Source: Takakia lepidozioides (Eukaryota; Plantae; Bryophyta). Taken from it: a DNA stretch of 64,000 bases. Each line of letters begins with the position of its first letter. Positions within the stretch are counted from its first letter, which is position 1. This document shows, piece by piece, positions 25,377-39,690 of the stretch. The notes below the pieces were generated by a model. It did not search any database. It had not been told where the DNA came from and saw only the letters and a program-made list of their open reading frames with translations. The DNA lies in assembly GCA_030704615.1 (NCBI GenBank), contig CM060732.1, forward strand, positions 27,776,001 through 27,840,000. Direction: 5' to 3'. A program made the translations under genes and the position numbers.

Positions 25377-27779
25377 AGCCTATTCACGAATCCGGGGAAC
25401 CCACTCTCCCAAAACTGCACTGTCAGAGTGTTAATGAACCTTGTCTCCGGAATGCGGCCCCTGGCCTTTACGCAATAACTGCCAACGGTATGGAGTCAGA
25501 AAGCTGCAGATCTATGCAAGTGTGCTACGCAAACCAATAATTGTGGCGTCTGACAAGAAGTGTGGGGGGGCGAGCGTGCAAGCACGTTCCCCATGGACAG
25601 AGGGAATTGACAGAGGTGGCACTCTAGTGGGTCTGATTGCAAGATTGAGTGCCAGACCCTCGCAGCTAAAAGTCACATTCAACAAAATGCAACATTGCAC
25701 AAAAAGTGGAACTTTGGTTCAAATGAGACATTTTTATTCAAACAATGAATATTATATTAATTTTGTTCTGACGCACTCCATTAAAATAATATTTTAATGT
25801 TTTTTATTTCCAGAATTTGTATTTCTCTCATTTTCCACTTCAAATGGCTCTTGGCTTTACACACTAGGCACCTAGGGTATCCCTAGTCTTCCTAGCACCA
25901 ACTAGTTGCTTCCTCCAAGCTTGCCTAAAATATCTAGGCTAAGCTCTAAGCCAACAAGCAAACTAGGACTTCACAAAAGCTAGTTGCATATGGCAAAGCT
26001 ATGCTCACAAGCAAGCTCTCTAAGCAATTAACTAACAAACAACTAAAAGTAAAAAAACAAGAGTGAAGTGGTGAGCAAGCTCACCTCCTAAGTTACTTAT
26101 ACTAGAAAAACTATAAAGAAAGATTGGATGGAACATCCAAAATTCTTGGATGAGAAAAGAAATCAATCACTTCTTGGTTGGTAGGTGGAAAATTTCATCC
26201 AACCAGTTGTTTTAGAGCAGTGGTAGATATTTTAGGCCAAAAAATCCACTCCAAATTCTTGTGGCCATGGGCGCTCGAAAAATTCAAAAATAGTGATTTA
26301 TTGATAACCTCTTCCAAAAATATTGAAACTTGGCCAAAAATGTCCTTGTGGTATGCTTGAAACACCCACCAAACTTCAGGTCCATGTGGTTGCATCATCA
26401 ATCATGGAAAATCAACAAACATCAAAACGCCGTGAAAACACCGCTTTCAACGCGTAGCATATTTTTTGGTTGTGAACAGATCAACGCTTGGGGCTGAAAT
26501 TCCTTCCAAATCATCTTGTATCACTTTTAACCCCACACAAAAAAAACCATCCCAAAGCAGCGCTCGATTTCGGCTTCGTCATGTTTGCTGAAGGTACTCC
26601 GCACAACAAAATCCCAGTCGACCACTACCATTGGATAAACCTCTTTAGGATTTTTGATAGAAGACCAAGACATATTGGAAGCTTCTTGAATTGATTTCAC
26701 ATACAAAAATATAAATTTCCTCCTAGGAAAAAGAAATCACTGCTGGCAGTTTGCTGCTTGCCGCACTGCAGTGTCTGTTTGCATGAATGCACTAAAACAC
26801 AGGGGAACCCATGCTTGATCCATGTCACTGACATATCCGAGCATGAAATGAAATTGTATCATGAGCATGTGTGTTCCACGCCTCCAGCGTCCAAATTCAA
26901 GTGCAACGTGAAAATTTCTATATGTACATTGCGATGCCGTTGTCAACTGTGTCGTTTAAAGCACAGCCTCATCGGATGTTTTCTTCTGAAGGCCAACCAC
27001 TCTTGCTTACCTTTGAATAACAATAGGACGTTGAGGTGAAGAACAGGCAGACCGTTGTCTGCAGTCATTAAATCGGCCCTTAGATGTTCGAACGGACGAC
27101 TGGAATCACATGCCTTCAACCGCTGCTCCTTGCAGGTACCCTAGTCGTATAAACTCCTGAGCGCTTTGGCTTCATGGACGTCGTAGACTCTCCCATTTGC
27201 AGGTCATACTAGTAGTTGTGTTGATGTTTTGCCGTTTCTGGCACAAATGGTCATATTTCTTCACTGTGTATACCCCCAACTCGCCCACCACCAACCAATT
27301 CAACAACTGGGTAAGTGACCGTCACTAGAAGCATTCGTGTCTTTTCTGAATCGACTGGGTGGCCGCCAACCACTCCGGGAACCACTTGGTAGTACACGGG
27401 ACTACTAGAGAGTCGAAACGGACAATGAAGGCCACGGGAGCATTTCAGACGGCAATGACTCCGGAGTTGTAGCAATAATCGCGGCTACTTAATTAATTAT
27501 GTAATACAAAATTTAAAAAAAAACGGAAAATGCATGTGGTTCTAATTACTGCACATGCGACTAGAAATTTACATTCCGAATTCGGTTAATAGAATAAACA
27601 TACTTATTCGTTAAAGTCAATATGTAGTTGACTCAACAACTCCATGAACTACTGCGCATTGATTACACCCATGATTCGGGGCACATTTGCTGACATGTGT
27701 TTCACAAGAACAGGCAAACAAAATCTGGCCTTGGGGGCTTGCATATTTTAATATGTACTGCCTCCACTTGGAAGTGAAA

Positions 27780-28740
27780 TGGAAGGTCCATGGTGACATC
27801 GTGAAAACTGGAATTGTAGGGTTTGTCATTCTGAACACCGCCCTAGTGGACATGTATGCCGAATGCGGGAGCATTGAAGATGCAAATGTATTGTTTGACT
27901 GTGGCTCAACGAGATGTGGTGTCGTGGAGTGCGATGATCACATTGGCAGCAAGGCAAGGATGTATGATTCCCTGTGGAAGGATAGCTACAAGAAACCTCC
28001 ATGGGTAGATGGTCAGCTGAAGCGGCAGCTGTAGCGACACAGTTGATAAAATCGGGCACCTCAACCATGACCATAGCTTCTGGAAGAGGATCAAGAGAGA
28101 GAGTCCACAATGCCTCTTTTGGCATGTGAAGATGCTTTATGAGGCAGGCAGACTAAAAGAGGCTCTACAGACTTTAAACCAATGAGGCATTTCAGCAGAT
28201 GTAGATACGTGTGTGTGTCTCTTGCATAAGTGCATCAAGATGAAAGGCCTGGAAGCTGGAAAGCAGGTGCACACTCACATTGTCCAAAGTGGATTCACAC
28301 AGAACGTTTTTCTACTCAACACCTTTGTCAACATGTATGTTAAGGGGAGCATCATGGATGATCACCAAGTGTTCAACATATAATGCCTCAACGATCTTTG
28401 ATCACGTGGAATATAATGTTGGCAGGATTACCAAGCATGGACGTGGTACAAATGCTTTGGAGACCTGTGAGCAAATGATGCGCGAAGGGGTGAAGCCCAA
28501 CCACATCACTTTTGTTTGTGTTTGCAATGCGTGTGCAAGCCTGGAAAAGGGGAAAGAGGTCCATGGTGACATCGGTCAAAGCTGGAATTATACTAGATGT
28601 CATTCTGAACACTGCCCTGACCTGGACATGTATGTCAAATGTGGATGCATTGAGGATGCAAAGGGAGTTTTTGACACTATGGCTGAACGAGATGTGGTGT
28701 CGTGGAGTGCAATGCTTGCAGGGTATGCACAATTGATGAG
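27780..28740 (+). pseudogene. PLS-class PPR pseudogene fragments
   Basis: NTALVDMYAECGSIEDA, GKQVHTHIV, GVKPNHITFVCV, DMYVKCGCIEDAKGVFDTMAERDVVSWSAML; many frameshifts. Confidence 0.88.
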
Positions 28741-30569
28741 GTGAGTAATACCCTTTCCCCCTAAGTTTTGGTAGCCCACTTAGCTAGGCGATGACACTTT
28801 GAGTGGAGAGAAAAGTTCTTAGCCCTTTGTCCATTTTTGTTTGCATTTTGTGTTGTTGGTTATCCATTGTTGTTGGAGACCTTTGAACCCTGGTTTGGTC
28901 TTACTAACTAAGGAGTAGTGGGAGCTTGGGAAAGATGGAGACTAACCCTCCTTAGTGGCCAAGAGGCCCACGGAGTTGTCTTTTTTGTTTGATGTTTTAT
29001 TTTTTGTCTTAAGAGTGGAAAGGCCTAACTCTTCAGAGCTAACCATGCAATGGGATCTCTAAGTAGGGAGTGGGTTCTCTTTTTGTTGCTAACTAAGCAT
29101 GCGAGAGAAGCTAACCCACTAACATTTGGGTAGATGCTTGCATGAAGCTTGGTGGGAAACCTTCTTTATATTTTTATTTTTCTTGAAGTAAGTGTGTGTA
29201 GCTTAGAGTATACTAAGCCCACTATACTTGCCATTCATTTGTCTCTTTGTTAAGCATATCACCCCCCATATGGGAGAAGCAAGGTGGAAGAGCTAGCAAA
29301 GTTTTGATGGTTTTTTCAAGTATATTTTGTCGCTGGAATTTTATTTTTCATGCATAACTCATTTATAGGTAAAAAATCTGATCTAATGTGGCCTCCCTAG
29401 CTTGGTTAAGCCATGGAGGACCACAGCTAACCTTTGGGGAGGGTAGACTAGCCCATTTGTGGTTAGCTTTGTATTATTTTCTTGTTTTTTTTAGGTGAAG
29501 GCAAAAAGGCCATGGATTCATGATGGGGTTCCCAAAAGTGAAGCGCCATAAAGGGGATACCATGGCTATAGCCAAATGACGGCTAATGATGTGAAGCGGG
29601 CTGCAGGCCCGCGTACCTTGAGGCGTTGATCACCCCAACCCCTAAGCTGCTCGACGACAGCCACGCAAGGGGGTAGGCCGTGTTTGCCACTAAAGTTATT
29701 CCTGGCTGTACCCAACGGTCCGTTGCTTTACCCGCGCCGTCGCGACCAACGGTCCGTCGCCTCCTCCTACTGCGCCTCGCCACATGGCCCTGCGCTGGTC
29801 TGCGACCAGCGGGCAAAAGGGATGGGACGGACTAGCAGATAATAGCTTAAGGAGGGGGGTCTTTAGATAGAAAAATACATTGTGAGTGGTTTTTGTCTTG
29901 GTTGATTGAGGAAGTTTTGATACGTTGTCCTCTTAGTGACTGGGTCGGAAATTAGAATAGAGGGTTGAGGGCCCCGAGGCCTTTGTTTTGGTATGTCATA
30001 GGTGGTCAGATGGGGAATCGGCCGCTTGGCTCACACCGAGACACCTTGCTCACGAAAAGCGGACGAGAAGTACAAAGCTTTTGGGAGGGGTAGAAGGGGG
30101 TTTGGAGTGGGAGAGGGAGTCATTTCCATTTGCACCCAGTCTTAAAATGCACTTAGGAAGGTGGAGGAATCAACAGTGGACCCACCAAGATATATTATTC
30201 ATATGTGAGAAGCGTTTTTTGAGGAATGGGGAAGAGTGGATGGTTAGCTATGGATGGATGAGGGACGGATGAGATTAGCAGTATTTCATCCGTAGGATGG
30301 ATGAACGGTGGATGAAAAGATGATGAAGAATGCAATTTTCATCCGTTTACAGGGATGAACAGTGGATGACCAGTGGATGAAAAAGCAATTTTTCATCCGC
30401 TGTTTGAAAAGCTGGTCTAGCTCTAGGGGGGGGGGGGGTTGAACCTAGGACCTAGAGGCTAGGGGGGTATGTATTAAGGGCCTAGGGGGGTTGTTTGGAG
30501 GTATAGGGCCAATTCCCTATGGTTTCCAACATGAGGTTGATTTTTGGGCAATGAGAAGGGGTTAGAGAA

Positions 30570-30657
30570 AGTAAGTATGACGCCTCTCGAAGGAAGCGTA
30601 ACTTATGGAGTCACTTCATCCCCGAAGCGCTACTGCCTTCCGCTCGGAAGGTGGACA
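30570..30657 (-). mobile_element. 5'-truncated SINE (family of 49284-49460)
   Basis: Homologous to 49284-49367; 14-bp TSD AAGGGGTTAGAGAA (30556-30569, 30658-30671). Confidence 0.8.
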
Positions 30658-31239
30658 AAGGGGTTAGAGAATTATCTAGAGGCCAAGCCATGGGTCATTG
30701 GAAAGCTTAGATAAATTCCTACCTAATGCCTATTTTTCTAGAATTAGTGAATTTCCAGTCTAAGTAATTAATTTTGAAGGGGATGTTTTGCTTAGAAAAT
30801 TACCAGAAAATAGGGATAGAGGTAATTAAATCTAGGATTTTTATTTTTATTTCCTAATTAAAAGAGCTTACCTAGGATAGTATTTTTCTCATTTTCCTTA
30901 TTGACATCTATTGCTAGAAAATAGCCAAGGGCTCTAGAAATTAGCGGAAAGTCGGGATGTTGTCCAGGTGAAGAGCTTTTCTTCTAGGCTAGGGTGTGCT
31001 CCCCCCCTCCCAATAGCTTTAACGCTTTGCAAGTCTTCCGGAAACAGTCATTCCAGGCGAAGAAGATCTGTCAGGGACACTGATAGCTCCTGGATGAAGC
31101 CGTATTAACGCTAATAAAAAAGTCTTGGAAGACAATTAGCTAGGAATAGATTCCGTAGGTGACACAAACGAATTTTGCCCCGCGAACGTAAAAGTTGGAC
31201 CATGCGTTTGCTGGTAGTTTAGGATAACGGGAGGAGTTC

Positions 31240-33050
31240 CCTCGCTGCGAGGCTTGTCAAAGAGCTAGGGAAGCGGTCGTGGCAGTATGTAAATTCTATG
31301 AAGTGTATGGTAAGGGCTGGGGATGGGGCGGTGGGTAGAGGGGCGTTAATGGGAAGCCCCTGTACTAGTAGGATATCCGGGCAGAGTCTGGCAGGGCATG
31401 TGCAAGATGTGTGAGGTTGCCAGACACAGGGAAGTAGCCATACAAGTACCGTATGAGCTGGAGGTCGGCCTTGGTAGGTGCTGACATTAATCAGTGAAAA
31501 CCATCTAGTTTCTTTACATCGTAGTAGGAGTTTATGGATATGCCATACGACATCGTTATGTCGAGCAATACGGAGCCCGTGGATGACGGGGTGGGGACAT
31601 TCACTAAGAAGATGGGGCCAGGTATCACGTGTCACGTGGATGTGGGAGCAGAGATGGGCAGTGCGGGGATGGATATCCGATATATGATAGGCCACAAGGT
31701 GTGCTCTCGCTGATGGCTCATGTACTGAGCGTATTTGAATTTCGAAGATGTTGATTTAGCAGCGTATGGCCCACCCTTCTCAGCCTGTGTCATCCCCCGA
31801 CCACATTCTGCTCTTTGTTTGTCGTATTTGTGCGTCAGATGCGGCTTGAGTGTGCGAGAAGTGATTTGACAGTTTGTGGTAGAGTACAATGGAGTGTGTC
31901 AATTTTTTGATATGTAATTTGGTGTGGCCGATAGAGGCAGCGGCTTGTTTGTTGGCTTCTTTAGTCAGGGTAGTAAGAAGATTTCGGATTGGCCGGGGTT
32001 CCGGGGGGTCAGGAACCGGGTAAATCATCGAAAATGGATGTGCATGACTAATGTGGATGGGGTCGGTCGACGGTTCAACTGGGGGTTTGGAGGCCCCCAG
32101 ATGAGCGAGGAGATCAACCTCCTTGTTGCCGTTAATACCAGTATGTGATCGGACTTTGATAAATTGAATGGGTTTGTCGATGGAGTTGATTATAGCAGTG
32201 AAAAGATTCCTATCAGGGTGGTGGTGGTGGAGGAAGGACTAGCAAGGTGGTTACGAAGTAGAAAGAGAGAGGTTAGACTGTCTGCGAAAATGTAGTATGG
32301 CGGGGGGAACGAGGTTAGTTGGGAAAGAGCCTCAAAGATAGCCATAAGCTCGGCACGTAGTATTATCGCGGGGCTGGGGAGTTGGTGGGCAGTGTCTTTG
32401 TTAGTGACGGCATGGTAGACGCCATATCTAGCTCGGGAGCCAGAGTGGGAGCCGTCTGTATAGTGTGAATGGAGTGGGGGGTATTTGGGGGAAGTATGCC
32501 CTTGGTATACCGATGGGATACCATAGGAGGTTATGTCCTGGATGGTAATGGGGCGGGGGGTGCCTTAGTCCAGACTTGGTTTGGTTTTGGCCAGGAGGGG
32601 GGGGGAGGGCTGTGTGGTGGTGGGGGTGGGTGGGTGGTGAGTAGCATGCCATGGATATCGGATAAGGGATGGTTAAGGCAAGTGATAAAGCCTGGGGTAT
32701 GGAGGTACGTGAGGTATTTTGGACAGAAGCCGGGTTAGAGTGGGTTCCTTATGGCGGAGGTATTCAGGGAAGGACGATTCGTGCATATAACGCAGATGGT
32801 TGGGTCCAATGGTCGTTAATGGTGTCACCTGGGGGGGGGGGGGAGTTGTAGGAGGGGGTGTTGGTGGTCCAGTGTCCATTCTTGTGGGAGAATGAGGATA
32901 GTGGTGACGGAGGGGGAAGAGTGGGCAGCAAAAGCGTGCCCATCGAAGAGCCTCATGAGTAAGGGTTCCGGGTGGCGAATGTGCAATGCCATTGCCGGAC
33001 CAAGTGTGTTGAGTAGTGTGTCCTTGGAGCCTCGATGGGAGATATGTCAA
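31240..33050 (-). mobile_element. Degenerate non-LTR retrotransposon with RNaseH + CCHC + RLE (Dualen/RandI-like)
   Basis: RNaseH YTDGS, RAELMAI, FADSL, KVRSHTGINGNKEVD; then HLLSEC, ARHN, PDILL, IEFTYCHD. Confidence 0.75.
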
Positions 33051-33239
33051 TAGAATATATTGCTACTCAATAATTTCCTGGAAAAGAATAAATTGGCTTT
33101 TTAAATATATAATTGTATATATAAGTATTAATATAAAATTCGAATTCTTTCACCAAATTCCAATCTCTGAATCACGTTACATTGTTGCTCAGTTTGTTGT
33201 TCATTTAGTATATCGCTTTCAATTCTTCATACACGGGCC

Positions 33240-34030
33240 TCGACATATGAGACGCACCTGAATACATAGGGGATTGCACTAGGACTTAGATGACACTTGA
33301 TACTTGGGCCAACGACACGGGCTACCCTAAATAAATTGGGCCTTGACATGGGAGATGTACTTGGATACATAGGAGATTGCACACTGGGCTTAGATGGGCC
33401 TCGACATAGGAGAAGCACATGGGAGACGCCCAAGTTGGATGCATAGGAGATTGCACTTGGGCTTAGATGACATTGGACACTTGGGCCAACGACATAGGCT
33501 ACCCTAGTCAATATATGAATTGAGACATTTGTTTTGTTTTGTTTTGTTTGTAGCGTTGTTGAGATCTCCCAAACCGCGGGCCCAGCCCCGGTGCTTGGTG
33601 CTGTTGGAGAGCCCTCGATGAGGAGGGGTGCACCGGCTTTGTCTCATGATTTTTGGACCCCCGGTGTGAGAGATATGGAATAAAGTACTTTTGGTCGTTG
33701 GATATTCGGGAAAAATAGCAAAGTGGGCTTTCCTGGAGCAGTGATTGGCCCTTCATGTGGGAGATTTGGAATTTCAAGTACTTTTAGTCGCCGGAAATTG
33801 GCGAAAAATAGCAAAGTGAATATATCAATATATTAATTTGCCTTGACAGGGGAGATTGCAAAATAGCAAAGTGGGCTTTGCAGGGATTGCACTTGGACTT
33901 AGGTGACATCGGACATTGGAGGTCAAACTTGGGCCTCTACATAGGAGACGCACATGGATACATAAGGGATTGCACTTGGACATAGATGACCCTAGACACT
34001 TGGGTCAACGACACAGGCTACCCTAGTATG
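33240..34030. repeat. Degenerate short tandem repeats / MITE-like region
   Basis: Recurring gattgcact.gg.cttagatgac, cttgggccaacgacac.ggctacccta and aaatagcaaagtg. Confidence 0.55.
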
Positions 34031-34861
34031 TTTGGAATGATCATAGCCAAAATTACAAAAACATGTTTTGTAACATTTTATATTGTCATTATTTCTCTTA
34101 ACCCATTAACAGTCTACCTAAAATATATTAATATCACTTGCCCATGTAACAATCCAACCACCAGTGCAGTTCAATTCTATGGCTTGCCCACTAGTCGAAA
34201 AATGTAAGTAATATCTCTACTTCACATGTCCTATACATATATAGGACATGCCCACTAAGGACACAAATTCAAACCAACGTAGTACACAAATCTTGAACTA
34301 ATGTCTAAACATTGAGATCAAAGATATATACATGTATATTTGTGAATATACCTAGAAATTTGACCCATAAGTTAAAGTTTGGTCATTCAATTGAAAACTC
34401 CATGCTGTGAAAGTTACATATTATAGGCTAACTTTGCATCGATTGACATTATTAACTATGGGCCTTATGGCAGCCTTCGGGCAACAAGGGTTTTAATTTT
34501 TTCCCTTCAATAATTCTAATAAAGTTCCTCCCATGGCCATTGTCCCCTGTTACCTTAAAAAACAATACAAAAAAAACTATGTATATAAACAAATTAACAT
34601 GAAAATGCTTTAGAAGAACTATTTCAGAAGATGTATTTTTTTTAATGAATTGCCTATATGTTCAAGCTCACATACCCTACAGATGTCTTTAATTTTATTT
34701 ATTTACATGCACTAGATAGACAAAGATATAAATAACTCCCAAAAAATACAATGCTGACAATTCTGCGCCCACGTGTTTGATAATAACAATTCATGGTAGG
34801 TGAAACTTAAATAGGTTTGGGGCTCTACAAATATTTCAAACTCAAGATCTGCATCACTTGC

Positions 34862-36918
34862 CTAACAACCTACAATAGAACTGTTGCTTTTTGTTGATAC
34901 AGATCCGTCGCTCCCTGCAAGAATCATGTATTTATCTTTTCGTGTGAAATTTGTACACTCAAACCCCAATGATCCTGCCACAACTCTTTGAATGTAGTTG
35001 GCAACCTCGATGGAAGGCTTACCCCCCGCACAAGTTAATTCCGTTGGCAGTTCGTCGAGAAATGTGACCTGAGATAAGAATCCAAATAAATCCGAGAGTA
35101 CAAATGTAGTATGATGAGATTTTAGAAAACATCATGGATTTTTTTTTAAATAAAATTTAACAGGGAACATGCCCTGGTTTAATTTATGGATTTAATACAT
35201 ACTGGATTGCTCTACTATGTTGACATCGCATTTCCAATGCAATTTATACAGTGGAAAATTAGATCACATTCACGATGGATTATTAACCCAACTTTCTATA
35301 CAATCAAATTATAGATATGCATCACATTTAAGAAATACCTCATAAACAGGCCTCGGATTCATGAAGAAATAGAAGGGATCCAAGCCCTTCCACCCACGAG
35401 CAGTTGTCCCATGATACATACTCATCCGAGTACTCATCGCTACTGGGACAATATGGTCAGAAAGCTCTGCAAAAAGTGCACTAAAGCGCAACAGAAATGG
35501 TTCCCGACACGTTGTGCCTTCGGGACAAATCACCAAATCGCCCTCTTCTAACAAGGCCCTCATGTTGGCACCATCCTTTTCCTTGTTGCGTGTCAAACGA
35601 ACAGTTTTGATGGGAGACAAAATTTCTGAAAGACGACTAATGCTGTAAGTCACTGTAGCCACTGGTCGCCTTAGAGCCACACTCAAAAAAATGGGATCAA
35701 GTAGTGTTCGATGGGAGCAAACAAAGAGAATGCCCTTCCTCCCCGGCTCTTCAACTGATGGTGGGGTTCCCCTGACGATTACACAAACACCCAAAAACTT
35801 GTAGATATAAAGTAGCCATTTTGTGGGTAGAAAGATTCCCACAGCCATGCGGAGGATCGCCAATGCAAATCCAATTGGCAACCATAAAATTGTGATAAGA
35901 GCAATAAAAAGAGTCGGTCTTCGAACTAACCGGCCATCGTGGAAAACTATTGGCTTCAATAGCCTCTCCTTGGAAACTGCCTCTATTTTTTTGCTTGGTG
36001 TAACAACATAACCCTCCTACATGCAAACAAAATGCATGACTGTCGGACTCTACAATGTGAGAGTTTGGGGAGAGGAAAATGTCTTATACCATTATATTAA
36101 AAATGACATGAATCCCCCCTCCCCCCCCCCAATTTCAAATTATCAACGTCACAATTGAGTATAATACCTTTGTTCATCCAATTGATTAAAAAACTACGAA
36201 TAAAGAATGATGGACAAGTCAAACCACATGAGAGTAAGAGCAACAGAGAACAATGCTAGAAGTGTGGCGAGCCCACCTTACAAAGGGACATGAAGGGGTA
36301 ATCAGTGGCACGATCACCCAGACCCACGTCCGGAAAGCTTTCCCCAAATTCGCGCCGCAATGCATCCTCTTTGTGTTTTCCCACCAACACTCCAGGATAC
36401 ATCAAAAATCCTGTCGCAATGCCACCTTGTGTGACATGCAATTCAGAGCCAATAACATTATCCACCCCCAAGTAGGTCTTTGCAAAAGGCTCGGCCATTA
36501 TACGTGGGGTAGCAGTTAATATATAGCGTTTTCCAAAGGAGGAGACCACCCTCCATGTCTCAGGGTGTACATCTTCTGCATAGAATTTTGGTAATACTGC
36601 CCGCGCTACAGATTCAATCTCCCTTACTTTAAGACCCGCACATGCAACAAATATTAAAACACGAATGCCTGCCTCTTCCGACACGAAGTGATACAATAAC
36701 CAACAAAGGGGGGCCGTGAGCAACAAAGAGGTGGCACGGATAATGCTTCCTCCTTCGAATGCAACCAACATGAAATACGGAAATGAGCTTCGTCCTCTTA
36801 CTAAAGTGCCATCAAGATCTGAAACCACTATTTGCTTGAACCGTCCTTCATGTTTGCAATTCTCTATAAAATCAAATGGTTCTCCATTGCAAGAACTTAC
36901 ATTGCACTTTCGACCCAT
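34862..36918 (-). CDS. GPAT: Glycerol-3-phosphate sn-2 acyltransferase (GPAT4/6/8-like), 508 aa; exons 36277-36918, 35339-36016, 34862-35068
   Basis: HAD motifs DLDGTL and GDRATD; acyltransferase HRTLLD and [10 protein letters not shown]; C-terminal EVANYIQR...[12 protein letters not shown]; in-frame GT-AG joins; probable 5'UTR intron 36921-37052. Confidence 0.95.
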
Positions 36919-37979
36919 ACCTAAATCCGTAAACAACACAAAACAATTCCAATATGTCAATTAATCATACCCCATGACTTGAATACAGATGATTTTGAAA
37001 ACGCACCTCTGAGCAAACAAATGGAAAAAAATATATAAGATGGGGAGGTTACCTTGCAGGGAACCTTAAAGATCAACAATGCTATAATATGATATTGACA
37101 AAAATATGAAACTTACATGTAGTACCAGCACATGAAGTCTTGCCTCTCTCCATTGCCACTTCGTTTTTTGTTCATTATTCTAACCACTTCGACCTATCGT
37201 GACGACCTTATTCCGATATTGTACATTGGAGGTTTTTTGGGTGACAAAACTACTTTTCCATATCTCCATGGTGATCAACTACTTAAAATCTTGGCTATTT
37301 CCAAGTGGCTTGATCAAACAACATAGTGGATCCATGAATAGTACAGAAAAGAGATCACCATACATTTTCATGGATGTGCTTGATTCTTTGGAGGTCAGGA
37401 GGGAGAATTAAAAGATGATGAGAGTCCATAAAGAAAGAAGGAGAGAGCTCTTCAACTTGAAAAACACTTGCTTGTGTAAGTTGATCACTAATTGTGGGGG
37501 GGGGAAGAATCATTTTTGATCTGCTCTCCAAATGACGCGACTCCTCAACTTTATGCTAATGTCGTTTGGGACATTCTAATGAATGGTTATCACACACGTA
37601 AAGGCCCCTGATCAGAAGGGTGTGTCTTTTGGAATGACACAACCTTTTTGTCTTTTCAACATGATCTTTTGTTACAAATGTCATTTTAATCTACCAATGA
37701 ACTTATTTAGTGTACAAACATGTTTTGATTATACGTGTACCTGAAATGCCTCAAATAACCCATATTTCAAGTCTGTAATGTACAACCGCGACTTCAATGA
37801 CAAATACAATAATTAGTTAAATAAAATTGCAAGGTTATTAATCACAAACTCTACAAAATTATCTTTTTGGATGTATATTAGTTGGACCATTGTCTTAAAA
37901 TGCAATTAAAATCCAGAACCAAAAATTGTAGTAGATGATAAAGCCTCGTATTAACATATATAAACCTATTATTAAGGGG

Positions 37980-38211
37980 TTTTTTTTTTTTTGGTCTTAA
38001 AAGGGAAACACCTAGAAGCAACAACTCACAAATCAGGACCTTCAATAGAGAGAGGAGAAAATAACCTCTCGGTAACCTCGCCGTAAGGCTTTCCGATGCG
38101 ACATTGCACATGGAAGGGGGAGAAGAGTGTACCACACCCGTCAAGTAGCAGGATTTGACCCCAGGGTCATCCGGATGGCACGCACTGCACTTTACCAATT
38201 GAGCTACTGAC
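37980..38211 (-). mobile_element. tRNA-derived SINE
   Basis: Minus-strand A box TAGCTCAATTGG, B box GGGGTCAAATCC, poly(A) tail at 37980-37992. Confidence 0.7.
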
Positions 38212-39519
38212 TGTTGGTACTAAAGTTACCACAGGCATTTGATTTGTACCCCCTAGCTGTTGGGCGTGTGCTCTGGTTAGCTTCCACGTTCCTGCAGCCA
38301 AAACGATTAGGTGTTCAGGATAATATGCAACAGGTGCAGTCAAGGTGTGATCATTCAATCGAACGACTCTAATGTGCGTTGTCTCAATGGCTCTGTCTGG
38401 TAAGAGGCAAGACGTATTGGTTCTTGTATGACTAGTGATTACAAGCAGCCACTGCGCCTTCAGATATCTATGAGTGGTAAGCGGAGCATATGTCAGCGAT
38501 TTAGAGTTCTTGTTGGCCCACATGTGAAGACAAGAAGTTTTCAACACATAACCTTTTGCGAGACTAACAGATGTTGCAGCACTTTCCCTACAGTTCTTCA
38601 TCCTAACCCTTGGTATCACAGCGTTGATAATGCCCCTGTACTTGTACTTATCTGTGGTATTGTGGAGGTTGATCGGGGAGTAGTCCGCTTCTCTTGAGAG
38701 AACGCTGATTTTGTAAAGATAGGCAGAGAATGCAGCCCGCAACCGCACGAGGTGGGTGACAGGTTCTACCGGCGCCGTTTGGTATTGTCGTTTCTCGTGG
38801 CCCATGTGCTCCTCCTCTGTATTTGATTGATGGATCTCGGATTCTGAGCGGACCTAGTGTCGTCCTGTAACTTACGGTTTGCGCCATTTCCGCCTCCCAA
38901 CAGATGCACTCATGTCTGTGGTTGCTGGTATGAGATAATGCCCTTGGTGACGTTGAATTGGGTTCGGTAGGCCCCTCCGTTGCCAACGATCTGGGTACGG
39001 TGGGGGTAGAGACCATCCCTCCCTTGCCAGTCCTATTTTCTCCCACTTGGCTGCTATGTTTCTTGCTACCATGGCGTGTATCCTCGCTCCCCAGGAGTTA
39101 ACAGTAAAAGAAGGGCAACTCTTCTTGCAACTTGTTTACGATTTGCTCTTGACTCTCTACATCCTCGATTTTTTCCAACCTTAAGCCTTCCCCATGGCCC
39201 GGGCAGGGGTTTGTGTGCCCCCGGCAAGCTGTTTGTTTTGTTGACTGCCTGATCAAGCTTCACTATTGAGCTTGATAGTACCACCTGCGCCACGAGCACA
39301 ATTTTTCCGTCTTCCGTAGAAAGCTCAAGCCTTCGTGTGCTGGCAATGACGGGAGGCCGTTTCTCGGGCTGCTGTGTCGCGTACCAATACTTCCTCAACT
39401 AAGTTCGCTTGTATTTTACCCAATGCTTTTATGCTATTCCAAGGGAAGTGATCATCTGCAGCTCATCTTCTTCTGCACCTTTCGCATACGCTCCGTTGTT
39501 TAGTAGTGCCATGACTTCG

Positions 39520-39690
39520 ATTATATCCTCTCGCATCAAGTATAAATATATTGAATATTTCGTACATTGAAAAAGCTACGACATCAGCGAACGAACGTGG
39601 GAACCCTCATCCAACCTCGCCAATGCATCTGACAAAGTCCAAGAGTTTCATCTACGATATCCAGCTAAGCCTCGAGCCACACGTCAATAA
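39520..39690 (+). mobile_element. Chromovirus (Gypsy) integrase chromodomain remnant
   Basis: IEYFVH*KSYDISERTWEPSSNLANASDKVQEFHLRYPAKP; purine tract downstream (~39765); upstream sequence looks like degenerate integrase. Confidence 0.75.

Noticed and set aside
25860-26720. Possible solo LTR or MITE
   Set aside because: Looks repeat-like, but no termini, TSD or second copy could be established in the window
38140-38211. Functional tRNA gene
   Set aside because: Cloverleaf is imperfect and continues into a body plus poly(A), so it is a SINE head
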